Positions 33,724-49,000 of a stretch of DNA of 64,000 nucleotides are shown in pieces. This DNA comes from Octopus sinensis (lineage: Eukaryota), in contig NC_043005.1 of NCBI RefSeq assembly GCF_006345805.1, forward strand, positions 40,114,001 to 40,178,000, read 5' to 3'. The position numbers and the translations under genes are program-made. Under the pieces are notes generated by a model. That model was not told the origin of the DNA, did not search any database, and saw only the letters and a program-made list of their open reading frames with translations. Within the stretch, counting starts at the first letter, position 1; every line of letters begins with the position of its first letter.

Positions 33724-36700
33724 GAGGCTAGAAACATTTTTTTCTCTCTTTGCCCCAAGGCATTTTTCTAATGTCAAAAAGACACCTGTCTGTGACGTCC
33801 TGTTTTTGCTATCATTATTATCATTATTGTTTTTACGTATTTTTGTATTCTTATTCTTTCCCGTCCTTGTTTTGTATACATTCGAGGCTTTCTTCCAAGA
33901 AATCTAATGCGCTTGGCTTAGATTTTCCTTTGGGGCTGGCCAGGTCGGAGCGATCTCAAGATTAATCAGCCGAAATTGCGAGGATGATCCGGTTCTTGAC
34001 TGAAGATTGAAGGCTTCGAATGTCCTGTCTGTGTTTTTTGTATCGTCTTCTAAATGTTTTGCGTTCTTGTCCCAGTTTGTATTTTTTTACATATACATAT
34101 ATATAAATCCCAAATTAGGGAATGGAGTAGAGTATACTTTCAATGGACTGCTCGAAGCTTACTATTTCCCTACACCTTGATCTTTGAATCTCACCTTTAC
34201 TTATATATATAAATATAGTTGCTGTAATACCCGCGTTGATTGGGTAATTACTTTTACTGTTTTGTGGACCAAGAAGCTAGAAAAATGGGTATATCATATA
34301 GAAGAATAGCTCTACGGAATCCAGTTGACTGCAATGGCAGTGGAAAGGCTGCAGGTGAAGTGGAACATCACTGTTCATATAAAAAAAAGCATTGCACGTC
34401 ATGCATTTGGTGTTCGTTTTTGATGGCCTTTTTTCAGTAGACAGTTTTTTGATTAAGAATATCAGTAATAGTGAAACGAAATTACAAATGCTATGTCAGT
34501 GCACAATTAGTGTTGTACCATTGCATAATTTCTGTTGAGACATATTAGGCAATAGCATCATAGGAGATATAGAAAAAGCACTGCATGCCATACATTGTTT
34601 GGTGTTTATTTTTTGAGGGTCTTTTTTTTAGTAGACATTTTTTTTTTATTAGGAATAAAAATAAGTAATAGTCAAATGAAATTACAAATGCTGTGTCCTG
34701 TCAGTATTAGGGCTGAACTTCTGATGCTATATTACAGGAATGGAAGGTAAGACAACAGTAAGTAACAGTCCAATGAAATTACAAATGCTGTGTCCTGTCA
34801 GTCAGATTTAAGTTTACTTGACCTCTGTGTGTGTATTATATAAGAGCAAAACGTAATAATTGAAGTAGAAAAAAGATGGATTTCATATATTCACTTCTGT
34901 TTGTTCTTCAAGTTGCAATCCAGCAACTTTTAGTGTTTGGCCCTGACTTTTATTAATGCTCATGGCAAAAGAAGTGGGATAGGAAACTGTAAAGGCTTAA
35001 ATTTGAATGGGACATTAGATGATATAACTGGTATGCAAGGAACGAAGACGGTGTCACGTTTACCACAACCAGTGAGAATATTTGCCTCAGTGCAGTTCAT
35101 CATAAGTTTGTGCATAATTAGTGTTGCTTCCCTTGAACCAGTTACTTTCATATTATGGGACAAACAAACACACAAATGGACAGAATCTCTGCTTGTTTTT
35201 ATGTTCAGTTATAATAAAAACAATTTTACATTAATCTGATTGGTTACTCTATACTTTTGTAGAGTACAAATTTATTATTCACATACGAGAATGTATGTGT
35301 GTGCGTGTAGAAATAGCCAAATAGTAAAGACTAAGTAGATCTACTCACCTCATGTTGGTAAATATCAAGTACACGTTCAAGAGAGAGTTCTTCAAAATAC
35401 AATTTGTCACATTCATCAAAGTCAGTACTTACAGTCTCAGGGTTATGGTTGATGACAATCTAGAAAAGAAAAACAATAGCAATCTACTGAGAGAGAGGGG
35501 AGAGAGAGGGAGAGGGGTAAAGACAGAGAGAGCGAATGCAATGAATATGGAGTATTGAAATTGCATGATGTTAATGATGTTTTGTAAGAACAAGACAAAC
35601 TTTCCAAGGATGAAGAAATAGAAACACATAGGGAATGTGTAGGATTGAAAATGTAGTCCTGATAACCATGAGCAAAACAAAGTTAATGAAAAAAATCCAC
35701 AAATTATGGGTGCAGGAGTGGTTGTGTGGTAAGTAGCTTGCTTACCAGCTACATGGTTCAGGGTTCATTCCCACTGCATGGTACCTTGGGCAAGTGTCTT
35801 CTACTATAGCCTCAGGCCAACCAAAGCCTTGTAAGTGGATTTGGTAGAAGGAAACTGAAAGAAGCCCATTGTATATATACTCTTTTACTTGTTTCAGTCA
35901 TTTGACTGTGGCCATGCTGGAGCACTGCCTTTTAAAACCTAATGGCAGACGAAATACCGCTAAGCATTTTGCTCGGTGTGCTGACGATTCTGCCAGCTTG
36001 TCATCTTATGTATATGTATATATGTTTGTGTGTCTGTGTTTGTCCCCACAACATCGCTTGATAACCGATGATGGTGTGTTTACGTTCCCGTAACTTAGCG
36101 GTTCGGCAAAAGCGAACAATAGAATAAGTACTAGGCTTCCAAAGAATAAATCCTGGGGTCGATTTGCTTGACTAAAGGCGGTGCTCCAGCATGACCACAG
36201 TCAAATGACTGAAACAAGTAAAATAGTAAATTCTTCAATTTAGAAGAAAGTAATATTTTCATGTATATACAACATAACATAATGATGCATTTTTTCTCAT
36301 CAAAATCTAAGCATTAGCGCAGAAACTGAATATGAATTCAGCAGGGTTTATCTCATTAATCTGATTTACACAATGCTGTGCTGTTTTAATAATGATAGTG
36401 ATGATAAATGTAAACTCAGTAGAAGCTTAAAACCTGATAATATTTAACAGAGAAAAATATTATGTGAAATATGAATCTGTACTCTATTATATTTTTATTT
36501 AACAGCAGTGCCACAGCATGGCTGCAGCTCTCAAGGTGAAACTAGTAAAAGAATTAAACAGACATAACACCACAGAGTAATAAGGAAGATAAAATAAGAC
36601 CTAGCTGAAGGCAATTCTCTTTCCTTGCACCAAAGTGAAATGACAATGATATAGATAATAATAATGGTTATGATCAAAATGATAATAATGATGATGATGA

Positions 36701-39700
36701 TTAAATATAATGCTAACAGTGATTTTGCATCACTAATGACAGTAATTAAGGAAATGACAACAATTTGTCTATAGATTAAACAAAAACCATCATACATACG
36801 GTGCTGCGATTAGCTTCTTTGAGGGACCGGATAGCAGATACTGCACACCAGTCAAATTCTACGCTGCTGCCAATATGATATGGACCACATCCAAGAATCA
36901 TTGTTCCAAGATCTCCAAATTGAAGATCATGTTCCTACAAAAAGAAAATATTGAAAATAACACCAATAAAATGCTATCCATTGTTATGCAATTGTGCTGT
37001 CATGGATGGTGTTGGATGAGGTGGTGGTGGTAGTGGTGGAAATGATAAAGTTAAAGGTCACACTTTTGGCCTTTCAAAGCCAAACAAATGGCTCTCATTT
37101 TTCACTCTTGCAACCTTATGTTCTTCATAATTGCAAGTCTAGCTATTAAGACAAAGCAGTAGTAACAGAATCTTGAGGCTAATTATATACACATAACACA
37201 ACATTTATTTTCTCTATAACAATGATAAACAACAGACAGCATGCAACCTTTCCGCTGTACATTCATATCTTAACCCAGAGACAAAGAAACATCTGCTTTC
37301 ATTAAGTGTAGAATGTGTCTATAGAAATAGAATACATTAAAATAAACAGAAATCAATTATAAGTTTCACTGCAAATCATGTGACAATCATTTATAATTAT
37401 ATAAGCATACTTAGACTTATTGCAATTTAGCTTCAACTCTGACAACACTCACTACAAATATTTTAGACACAACAAATTACAAGATGATGTTAGTCATGAT
37501 GTAGATGGTGTGATGATCTTCATAGAGGTGGCAACAGTAGGGATTTATAGGCAATAGTAGGGATTTCTTGCTGTTACAATTGAGTAGTGCTAACCAGGTC
37601 TGTTTGAGCAAACCTATACCACAGATGAAACAGATCAAATAATGTACTTAATAGGCATTTATAGCCATGGGCTCCCATCCACTCATTATAGTAAGGGAAT
37701 AATCATTTGGATTTATCACTTAAAATATTTAGTTTCTATTTAAAGACACAAATATATTGGTTGAAACATCATATTTCATTGTTACAATAAACACATCATA
37801 TGACTATATACAAACTATGTCACTGGTGGTTGTTGTTTAGCCCTGGGTCAGTCATAGTTGAGGAGATGTATGATCAGAGTTATTCTAGCTATGACTGCCC
37901 AAGTCTTCACTTGAGTATTGAGACACCTGTCCAAAGTACCATATGGCACTTTGGACAAATGTCTTCTTCATAACCTCGATTTGACCAAAGCTTTGTGGAA
38001 GTCTATCAGAGATTTTGACCATGTTCTTAGGTGGCAGATTTAATCCATTATTTAGTTTAATAATACCAATAGTCAGCATTGGGTACCTTTAGCAGAATCT
38101 GATTCTGCTGCATGTACTCAGGCCTGTTATTTCTAGCGGGTGAAAAAAAGATGGTGCAGTTTGTTGCTGTATTTGACATAGACAACTGATAAATATTTTG
38201 TTGGACTGAAGTGAAGTGCTGATTTCAAATCTTCCCAGGAACAGAAAGTATGTGTGTGTACCAGAGAGGTGTAATATTTCACAACTTACCATTCCATTGT
38301 AAGAACAATACAGATAGTTGGTTTTTGCAGGGTATTCAGCTGCCATTGTATCAATCTGGTGAAATAAAAGGAATACTGAGGTTAATCAAAGATACCTGCA
38401 GAATGTAACTGAATTTTGATGTAATCCTTTTCCTCCTGTCTCTTTTTTTTCTTTTCATATACAGTTGCATTATATGTATGTGTGTGTGTATGTATATGTC
38501 AGGTCAGGAGTGCTACTGGTAATACGGAATCTAGTACAAACTACTGCATGGTTGGGTTGTCGGTGACTAGACCAGTATCCCCACTAGGCTTGCCTGGTGA
38601 GAAGGGTTGCTAGAAACCCAGCAGGGCTAAAAACAAGATCTGTCAAAAGGATAAATGAACCTAGTGTAAGTTCAATGACTATCTATCAATAGCACAGGCC
38701 AACCTAGTGTATGTTCAATGACTATCAGTAACACTGGCCCTCAGAAATTCTGATTTGGTGTCCGGCATGGATGACTACTAGGAGTGAGGCACCCCTTAGA
38801 TTTTGTTAAAGCATGTCTCTAGGAGAAGTTCATTCTGATATAAAACCAGATATACAGGGAATGGCATTGAACATTTTGGGCATCTTTTGCTTGTACTTGA
38901 AACCATAGTGCTCACGCATTTCTGAAGTGTGATCCATATTGATACTGAATATCTTGTACTGGCTTGTTTCTGGATCATGTCCATTGTGTATAGAGGAATT
39001 GTGAGGTGCTGTACAAGCTTTATTGGACCTAAAATTCTAGGTTGTGCAATAGCCAGTGAGATGGCTTCCAATGCCTGGTTGAATAGAAGGGTGCTGCAGT
39101 AAGCACTGAAGCCACAGAGATAACCCAGGTGAAGATGACCACAGGTGAAACAACCTAATACATGGGCAGTGCTGGCATTTTGCACAGACAATGGTCAGTG
39201 ATATGATCTTCTTCAGTCATGAGTGGACAGCCATCACCATCATGATCATGTATGTATATATATATGCACACACACAAATCAGTATATGTAAATATATATG
39301 CTAATGTAAACACATAAATCTACCTTTCAAGAAAGACACAAGGAAAAGTAAAAATGTAAATTCTGAACAGCAGTTTGCAGAGAAATCAGAACCACTGGTT
39401 CAATTCAGAACCAATGGTTAAAAACATACCTGTTTAACCCAGGGTATTATATTTTTCTTGATTCGCAGCCCTCGAGCTTCATCTTCATTGATTCCCCACA
39501 CATTTCCAACTTGCTTATCAGAAAAACCAGCTTGTTTTGCCAGCCTCAGCATTTCTTCATCAATAGTATCCCTAGAAAAACAAAATAACTGATATTAAAG
39601 CGATACATAAAAAATGCCTGTCTAAACCATTATCCTTTCATGATTTCCTATGTTTGCTTGAGTTGGACAAATTTTCTCCAATACAGTGTCTTTCCACTTA

Positions 39701-42700
39701 CAGTAGTGTTTTTTGTCATTTCTTACATGATGTTCAGCTTCTTGAAACCTCTCTCCACCACATCTTACCATGTTTTCTTTGGTCTTTATCTACCACAGGT
39801 TCCTTCCACTTCAATAATTTGGCACATTTTTACCCAACTGTCATCCCTTGTATGCACTATGTGTCTATACCAGCTCAGTCTTCCTTTTGGCACACTACAT
39901 TTCACTCTGATACAAGTATTTCTCTAAGCTCATTTGTGCTTTGATATTCATGTACACATTATCACACATCCAGTGGAGCATACTCACCTAATTTTCTTCT
40001 AAACTTTACACAATCTCTGCATTTACTTTTTATGTTTTGTGATAGTTGTATTAAGTTACTGAATTTGTCTTGTTTGTTATTCTTTATTTTAATGCTGTGC
40101 CACATATTAAATTCAGCTATATATTAATGTTATACAATGAATATTGAATTTACATGCAAATTTTGTAGTTACATCAGGGATCTGCGAAGCTAGAAAGCTA
40201 GCTGGTGCCCATGAAGGAAAGTGTTAGCTGAAAATAAACACAGAACTGTCTATGAATTATATGATGTAAACTGTCTTTTGAAACCTATGTAATTACCTAA
40301 AGAGTCACGCATAAAATAGTTTTGAGATCATGCAACATTACACTTTGTACATAAGCATCACACATTTTTCTTTTAATTTGGATCAAGAACCCCTTTGTTG
40401 CCAGCAGAAATAATAGTACCCTAAACTTAAAGACTTTCTTCTGCTAAGTTACAGAGACGTAAACAAACCAACACAGCTTGTCAAGCGGTTGAAGGGGGAC
40501 AAACACATACACACACATAAATTGTGTGTGTGTGTATATATATCATCATCATGATATATACATACATGATAAATGTGTGTGTATATATCATCATCATCAT
40601 CATCATTTAACGTCTGCTTTCCATACTGGCATGGGTTGGATGGTTTGAAGACTGGCAAGCCAGCAAGGTTTCTACAGCTGGATGCCCTTCCTAATGCCAA
40701 CCATTCTGAGAGTGTAGTGGGTGCTTTTTACATGCCAATCAGGCAGCACTGGCATCAGCCATGACTACAATTTCACTTGGCTCAACAGGTCTTCTCAAGC
40801 ACAGCATATTGCCCGAGGATTGAAGGGTACTTCTAAATGGGCCAGTTATGCAACACTGGCCATTGGCCATGGCTACAATCTCACTTGGTTTGCCAGGTCT
40901 TCTCAAGCACAGCATAACTCCAAAGGTCTCGGTCGCTTGTCATTGCTTCTGTGAGGCTCAACGTCCAAAATTCATGCTTCACCACCTCATCCCATATCTT
41001 TCTGGGTCTATCTCTTCCACAGATTCACCTCCACTTTTAGGGTGTGACACTTCTTCACACAGCTGTCATCATTTATATGCAACACATGACCATACCAGTA
41101 CAGTCGTCTCTCTTGCACACCACATCTGATGCTTCTTATGTCCATCTTTTCTCTCAGGGTGCTTACACTCTGTTGTGTATGCACACTAACATTACACATC
41201 CAGTGGAGCTCCAGTTTCCATCTACCAAATCAACTCACAAGGTCTTGGTTGGCCTGAGGCTGTAGTAGAGGACACTTGCCCAAGGTGTCATGGAGTGGAA
41301 CTAAACCTGGAATCATATGATTGAGAAGCAAGCTTCACCACTACACAGCCATAGCTGCACCTAGGGCTCTGCCCCGTCAACGTCTACTACATTTCATTCC
41401 CTAACAACCATTACTTCTCTTTCACCTGTGAGCAGAAAATCCCCATACTATACCTACTAGCTTTCTCAGTTACCTTTCTTCCCCACTCCAAACCACTTCT
41501 ATCTCCTATTATCTTCTCCTACCTACTGTCTCCACCAATCACCTCCATTCTGCACCTTCTCAAAACAAACCATCCAATCTATGCTAGCACGGAAAATGGA
41601 CGTTAAATAACGACAACTGTGAATATTTAACAGAATTAATGGTAAAGTTATTGGGTTATTTCTGAAAACTTTATTCAAAAAGCCTGAAAGCATAGCCTGT
41701 GTTGTGTCTGTATGGAAAGATAGTTGCTCATCTGCTAATCATTGAAAGGTGAAGGAAATTGGAATACAATGATTATTCAATGCACTTTATTACTTTTTTA
41801 CTTGTTTCAGTCATTTGACTGCGTCCATGCTGGAGCACCGACTTTAGTCAAGCAAATCGACCCCAGGACTTATTCTTTGTAAGCCTAGTAATTATTCTAT
41901 TGGTCACTTTTGCCAAACTGCTAAGTTACGGGGATGTAAACACACCAGCATCATTGTCAAACCTAGTAATTATTCTATTGGTCACTTTTGCCAAACTGCT
42001 AAGTTACACGGATGTAAACACACCAGCATCGGTTGTCAAACGATGTTAGGGGGACAACACAGACACACAAACGTATACACACACTGCATATATATATACA
42101 TATATATGACAGACTTCTTTCAGTTTCCGTCTACCAAATCCACTCACAAGGCTTTGGTCAGCCCGTGGCTATAGTAGAAGACAGTTGCCCAAGGTGCTAC
42201 GCAGTGGGACTGAACCTGGAACCATGTGGTTGGTAAGCAAGCTACTTACCACACAGCCACTCCTACGCCTATCTATATATACACACTTTAATATATACAC
42301 ATTTTATACTTCATGCACAATTTTATAGACTTCATGCACAGCACTTTCTCTCTCACTCTTCACCTTACCGTCTTTTTCTTTTACTTTTAGGTTTTCCTTT
42401 CAATTAATATCATATGAAAGTGTTACAGACAGGCTAAGTAACGGAGGCAAAAAACTTGGTTAAAAAAAAAAAAAACTACACTCACCACTGCCTCTCACTC
42501 CCTTCTCCATGTCCCTCCTCCCCTTCCCTCTTCAACTAATCACATGGAAGTGTTATAGATGGGCTAAGTAATGGAGGAACAAGCAGAATTATTATAAGAT
42601 GATGATGATATTTAACAACATCCTCAACTACAACATAAAAAATATAATTTAGAAATTTAAAAGCCTGTCAATATTGCTGAGATCCTCTTTGGTCATGACT

Positions 42701-43019
42701 GACCATGGGATTGCATCTAGAAAGTTACCCTCCCAGGCACAAGTCCGGGCAAGGTTGTTTTTTTTATGGAAGACCAGCAGTCGCCCATGCATACCGGCCT
42801 CCCCTATTCATGCCACCAGTGTTATCCAAGGGAAAGGCAAAAGAGGCCAATACAGCTTGGCACCTGAGACGTCGCAACTCATTTCTACAGCTGAGTGAAC
42901 TGGAGTAACATGAAATAAAGTGTCTTGCTCAAGAACACAACATGCAGCTTGGTCCGGGATTCAAACTCACAACCTCACGATCGTAAGCTCGACGCTATAA
43001 CCACTGAGCCATGCACCTT

Positions 43020-43087
<68 letters not shown>

Positions 43088-46000
43088 TAAACACATACAC
43101 ATGTACATATGTATGTGTCAATATTAACCATGGCAATATTGATAACAATGAAAACACATAAAACAACAATTCTCAACTACAAAAGCATCAAAATCACTAT
43201 CAAAATTTGATCAAATGATTTTAATATGCTTGAAATGTTATCATCAACAATAACCATAACAAGAAATGATACACATATGTAATGGAATATGAATTTGCAA
43301 CATTGGAGGAAACTTACTTTGAATATGAAGCAAGATCTTTCTCTAAGTTGACAACACTCAGGAGTTTGTGCAGGAACCACCGATCAATTTGTGTCAACTG
43401 ATGCACATCTTCAACACTGTAACCAGCATGGAATGCCTAACAGAGTGGATAGATAGGATTTTTTAAAGAAGAGTAAATATAAATAACTAATTAAGAGTGT
43501 GGAATAAGGATTGTAGTAATATTTTATTTATTTTTTTTTTTTGTACTTGTTTCAGTCATTTGACTGCGGCCATGCTGGAGCACCGCCTTTAGAGTGGTGA
43601 AAGAGTACAGCAGGGATCACCACCATCCCCTGCCGGAGCCTCGTGGAGCTTTTAGGTGTTTTCGCTCAATAAACACACACAACGCCCGGTCTGGGAATCG
43701 AAACCGCGATCCTCCGACCGCAAGTCCGCTGCCCTAACCACTGGGCCATTGCGCCTCCACAACATGTTGAGAAAGTAACATTTTAAGTTAATGATTTGTA
43801 AATATATAATTTTTTTTTATTCTTTTACTTGTTTCAGTCATCTGACTGCGGCCATGCTGGAGCACTGCCTTAAAGGATTCTAAGTCAAACAAATCAACCC
43901 CAGGATTTATTTTTCTTTAAAGCCTAGGACTTATTCAATTGGTCTCTATTGCCAAACCACTAAGTTACAGGGACATAAACACACCAACACTGGTTGTCAA
44001 ATAGTGATGGGAGACAAACACAAAGATACATATACATACATATATACGATGATCTTTGAGTTTCCATTTACCAAATATACTCACAAGGCTTTGGTCAGCC
44101 TGAGGCTATAGTAGAAGACATTTGCCCAAGGTGCCACGCAGTGGGACTGAACCTGCGACCATGCGGTTAAGAAATAAAGCTTCTTACCACACAGTCATGC
44201 TTGCACATATATTGGTCAGTAAATTACTCTCAGTTAAAAAGAAATTATTATGTGTTGGTATATATAGACAAGCCATGTATTCACCTCTTCAGCAAGACAC
44301 CTGCTCCTCTCCCTCTATGATAGTTTCTTATTCCTCCAGTCTATATGCTGCTCAGTTGCATGCATTTCAAAGTAATTGAACACTGGAAAGAGAAGTACTC
44401 CAAACTGACTATGAGAAACCATTCTTTATTATATTCCAGTCAAAGTACTGCGACTGGTTGCACTAATTGGCAGTCTGGCCATAGTAAAACATGGACTGGA
44501 AGCACTAAGCAGTGATGTGTACAAATATAAACTTGGTACCAATTCAAATATGTTAGGGACATATTTGAACCAGTGTTTTATGCCGAAGAGGAAATAACTA
44601 CTCTGAAATGCATGCATCCATTAATCTGGGAAGTGGGTGCTCTCGATTGACTTGCATATGTCACCCAGAATATACAAGATAGAATAGTATTATTATTACT
44701 ACTATGTGTATGCATGAGCATCAAACTAAAGGTGTATTTTCATACATACACACTAATATACTCACACACTAACACAAGGATATATATACTGTATGACACC
44801 GAACTCTAGACAGGATGCTAAACACTTTGTCTTATCCTTTCTCACCAGCAGGGCAAATCTCAGGAATTCCTTTCTATGTTCATTCCAACAATTAACTATA
44901 ATCACTCATCAAACTACACTAGCATCACTTAATGACCAATACTCTACACAGACACTGGAAAGAGATGGGAGTTATTACAAATAGTACTTCTTTTTCAGAT
45001 TTATCATTGAAAATGAAAGAAATGGTGCATGACCTCACCTTTGCTATTGAATGAATCCTAGTGTTGTTTGGCACCCTCAGATTTGCTTCAAGATCAAACT
45101 CAGGTGGATAGGTCTTACCTGCAGGCAGCTTGGGGCTAAATCCCTCAATGGAAGGGTGTGTCATCCGAAGAGCTTTCTGTAGACTTTCTTCAAATGTCCG
45201 TCCAATTGACATCACCTACAATCAAATGACAAAGTAAAAAGTTAACACTTTTTCAGTTATCATTACCATCATATTATCATCACAATCATCACCACCACCA
45301 CCACCACCAACATCATTATTACCATCACCAATACTATCATCATCATCTAGTCAAGTTTGCTCAGACATTTTAAATCTGAGACTGAATGCAGTGTGTGTGT
45401 GTATTAAAATTTTGGAAAGTGTAGTTAATTAGGTCAACCTTAATATTAGACTACTGTTTATTTTATCAATGCCCAAAAAGAATGAAAGGAAAAGCAGATG
45501 CTAGAAAGATTTGAATTTTAAACTTAAGGAGATAAAACTAAACACTGCAGAGACTTTTTACTAATCCTAAAGAAAAAAAAATCAAATATAAGGTCCTAAA
45601 TAACTTTGATTGCCATCTTTTTGATGCAACCAACAAGAAATTTCAGGAATAAACCAATTAGAGTAAAGTATTTGTATAATTTAAGAAAAGTGATGTTAAA
45701 GTACTTACTTCACCGACACTTTTCATTGAACTGCCAATCTCATTGGACATGTTTTGGAAACGATCAAGGTCCCAGCGAGGAATTTTGGTAACGATGTAAT
45801 CTAAACTTGGCTCAAAGCAGGCTGTTGTCATTTGGGTTGTTTTGTTTTCAAGACTGGGCAAAGGAATACCCAGAGCTAGTTTGGCAGCAATAAATGCTAA
45901 TGGATACCTGAAATGAAGTGACATCTATAATGAACTTATTGTATACAGGGCTCAAGTGCACTATAACTCATCAGAAAAAATAACCAAAACTGCATGAACA

Positions 46001-49000
46001 GTACATAGCATATGTACAGAAAGTGAACAATGAAAAAAAATCTTTAAAAAAAATGAAGAAACAGGGTACTGTTGGTGAATTTCAAGAAGCATGGAAATTT
46101 TGAAGGCTATAGTGTCTATGGTAGTAAGAAGAATTCCTTAATAAAGAATATGAAGTGGCTTTGTTAGCACAAAATGCCTAATATTTAGCTATGACTCTTA
46201 AAACTGAAATCAACTTCGCTTTTCATATTTCTGTGATCTATAAAATAAAGAATCAATTAAGTACTTATGCTTTAAAAAAATAGAGGGTCACAGATTTAGG
46301 GGAGGGAGTTAGTTGATTTCATTGATTCCAGCACTTGACTGGTACTTTATTTCATTTCTCATTTACTCTCTCTCTCTCTCTCTCTCTTTCTCTCCCAAGA
46401 ATGACAAAAGCCAGAGTTGACGTTGATAATTGAAACTCAGAACATAAAAAGCTGGAACTAATAAATCTATCAATCCACCACCTTAAATAAACAAGACAAT
46501 GATTTTTAAATTAAGCCCACCAACACAAATTTGAGGAAGGTGTAAACTCATATAAAGACCTCCCCACTCTCAAGGGCTATTATTTCAATGATACCTTATC
46601 AACCTTAAAAGAATACAAAGCATAACTGATCCCAATAATTTCTTTTAATAGCATAGTCTAGAAGGGATTGTCTTGGCCATCAGAAGAGTTGTCAGTGCAC
46701 TGGCTTCCCAAAGGCTTTCACCAGCTCGCATCATGGACTCTACTGGAGGACTCTTCCTTAACCATGTCGTTTGGAAGTGCCATTGTGGTTTCAGTAACGA
46801 GTATGTTTTTTTTTACTAGACCAGGTTGTTAGTCCAATGCTAAACTCCCCAACCTGGAGGGCCAGTTGAGTACTCTTTGTCTGGTCCCTACACTTCGACC
46901 TGTTTGGCTTGGGTGGCCCTGCCAAGAAACAAATCTCCCACCAGCATACCTCTCATGGTCATGAAGACACACAAGTCCTGCAACCAAGGACAAGATGGTA
47001 CTCATCTGCCTTTCCTTGCAATCATGGGTTGAGCAGTTTTTCTCAGTTTTTTTATAACCAGATGCCCTTCCTTTCAGCAACCCTTTTAGTTTCCTTTAAT
47101 GGCATACAAAAGCATAATGAATGTATACTAAAACTGGGATAATTTTGCAAAGTCATCAACAATAACCTTTTAGTATTCAATCCAGTCAAGTTCAGCCACA
47201 ATGAAGATAATACAATTTGAAGCTGAGCTAATGAGAAAGCTTCTATGAAGATGATCAGCTAAATTTTCCTTAATCAACATTCAACTATCTTAAAATTAGA
47301 AGGCCATATTGGATAATGTAGTTCTAGATACACTGTTTGGGGGAAAAAAAGGCTAATCAGTACTAGAATGCTATCATAAATCTGTTGCTAAATAACAACA
47401 TACTTTTTGAAGAAACTGACTAAATCTGACTTTGTTAATTTTTACATCAGATAAAAGCCCCTACTAAATTATGTTTTTCTCAGTTTCATCATTTTGTCAT
47501 TTTAAAAAGAAAACCTCAACATATTTGAAAACACAAAGTGTTTGCATCTGCTTTTTCATCCTGGCATGGGTTGGACAATTTTTTTGAGCAGTGTTTAATG
47601 GTTGAGAACACTTCCTGTAACCAACTCTTTTAGTTATATGAAAAGATGCAGTGTATCTAAAACATATGCTAAAGTGACAAGCAGTAGAAACTGAACTAGT
47701 TCCACTTACCCAGTGGCCTTAGAAGCCAAAGCAGAACTTCGAGAAAGACGAGCATTGATTTCAATAATGCAGTACTCCAATGATGTTGGGTGAAGAGCAT
47801 ACTGAATATTGCACTCTCCAATAATGCCAAAGTGTCGGACAACCTAGAGAAAAAAACAAACAAAAAAAAAAACAAATAATGAATTCAACAGAAACATTTT
47901 AGAAAGAATGAATACTTCCTGTTACAATATTTTTTATGAAGTAAAAACAGTTCGGTTTGTCATAGAGATGAAGCGAAGCAGTTTAGATATACATATATAT
48001 GTCTTCTTTCTCTTTCTAATTTAGTGGACTGTTTGAACTTATGATGTGCATGCTTCTGAGTTCAAACACTGCTGTAGCTATTATGCATTGTTTAATGTAA
48101 TGCACAATTCTGCTTCTGGTATTTGAAAGGAAAATTTTTAATCTAAAGAAACCACACATCGAGCAAAAGGGCAAAAGCTCGCTCCATCTCAATTTTCAGC
48201 ATGATACACAGTTTATGCATTCATTCATTTTATATCAATTTTTTTCCATGCTAGTTAAATGAAGACTTATCGCTGAGGCATTGTTTTACAGCTGGATGCC
48301 CTTCTTTTGCCATCCATTATCTGTTTTTGTTTAAAGGAAGAGATTTTTTTCTATTCCACCATTCTTGAAAGTCAAGAAATTATGGGACAGTTTAATAGGG
48401 AGTATCAACATAAAATTAGTTTGCTCAAATGATGATTTCATGCAAACATGCAGAATATAAACATTCACACACATTTATGGCAAGATTTTGTCTACAAATC
48501 CCACTCAGAAAGCATCAGTCAACCCCTGAAGACACCAAGTGAGATAAAGCTAAAAAATCATGTTAATCATGCCTAACCAGACCAGAGTCTTGTGCAGCCC
48601 CTCAGCTTGCCAGCTCTGATCAAATTGTCCAACCTATGCCAGCATGGACAATGAACATTAAATGTTGATTGATGATAATGATGATGTTCTTGTCCACTAA
48701 AACACAAAAGGCATTAACAACAGGATTGGAGAAAATTTCTCCCCATAGACTTTGTATATAAAAAGTCACCACTGAGAAGGAAATGTGTCTGGTAGTCAAC
48801 TGCCATCACTTGCAGCTCAGTTCAATGTATTTTTTATACATAAAAGCTACAGTGAGAAAAGTTCCACGATAAATACCTTTTGTATTCAGATGTATAAAAA
48901 TGTGTTAAAAATAAGGAAGTGCCTACAGTCTAATGAAACTGAAACAAGTAAAAGCATACCATTAATATATATAAAGATAGATATATAAGATAGATACCTA

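Noticed and set aside
46790-46990. HDV-like ribozyme in the RTE-type 5' UTR fragment (ACUAA-CAACC resembles J4/2-P2)
   Set aside because: I could not build the nested double pseudoknot; spacing to the nearest GGUUG is too short and the copy is decayed
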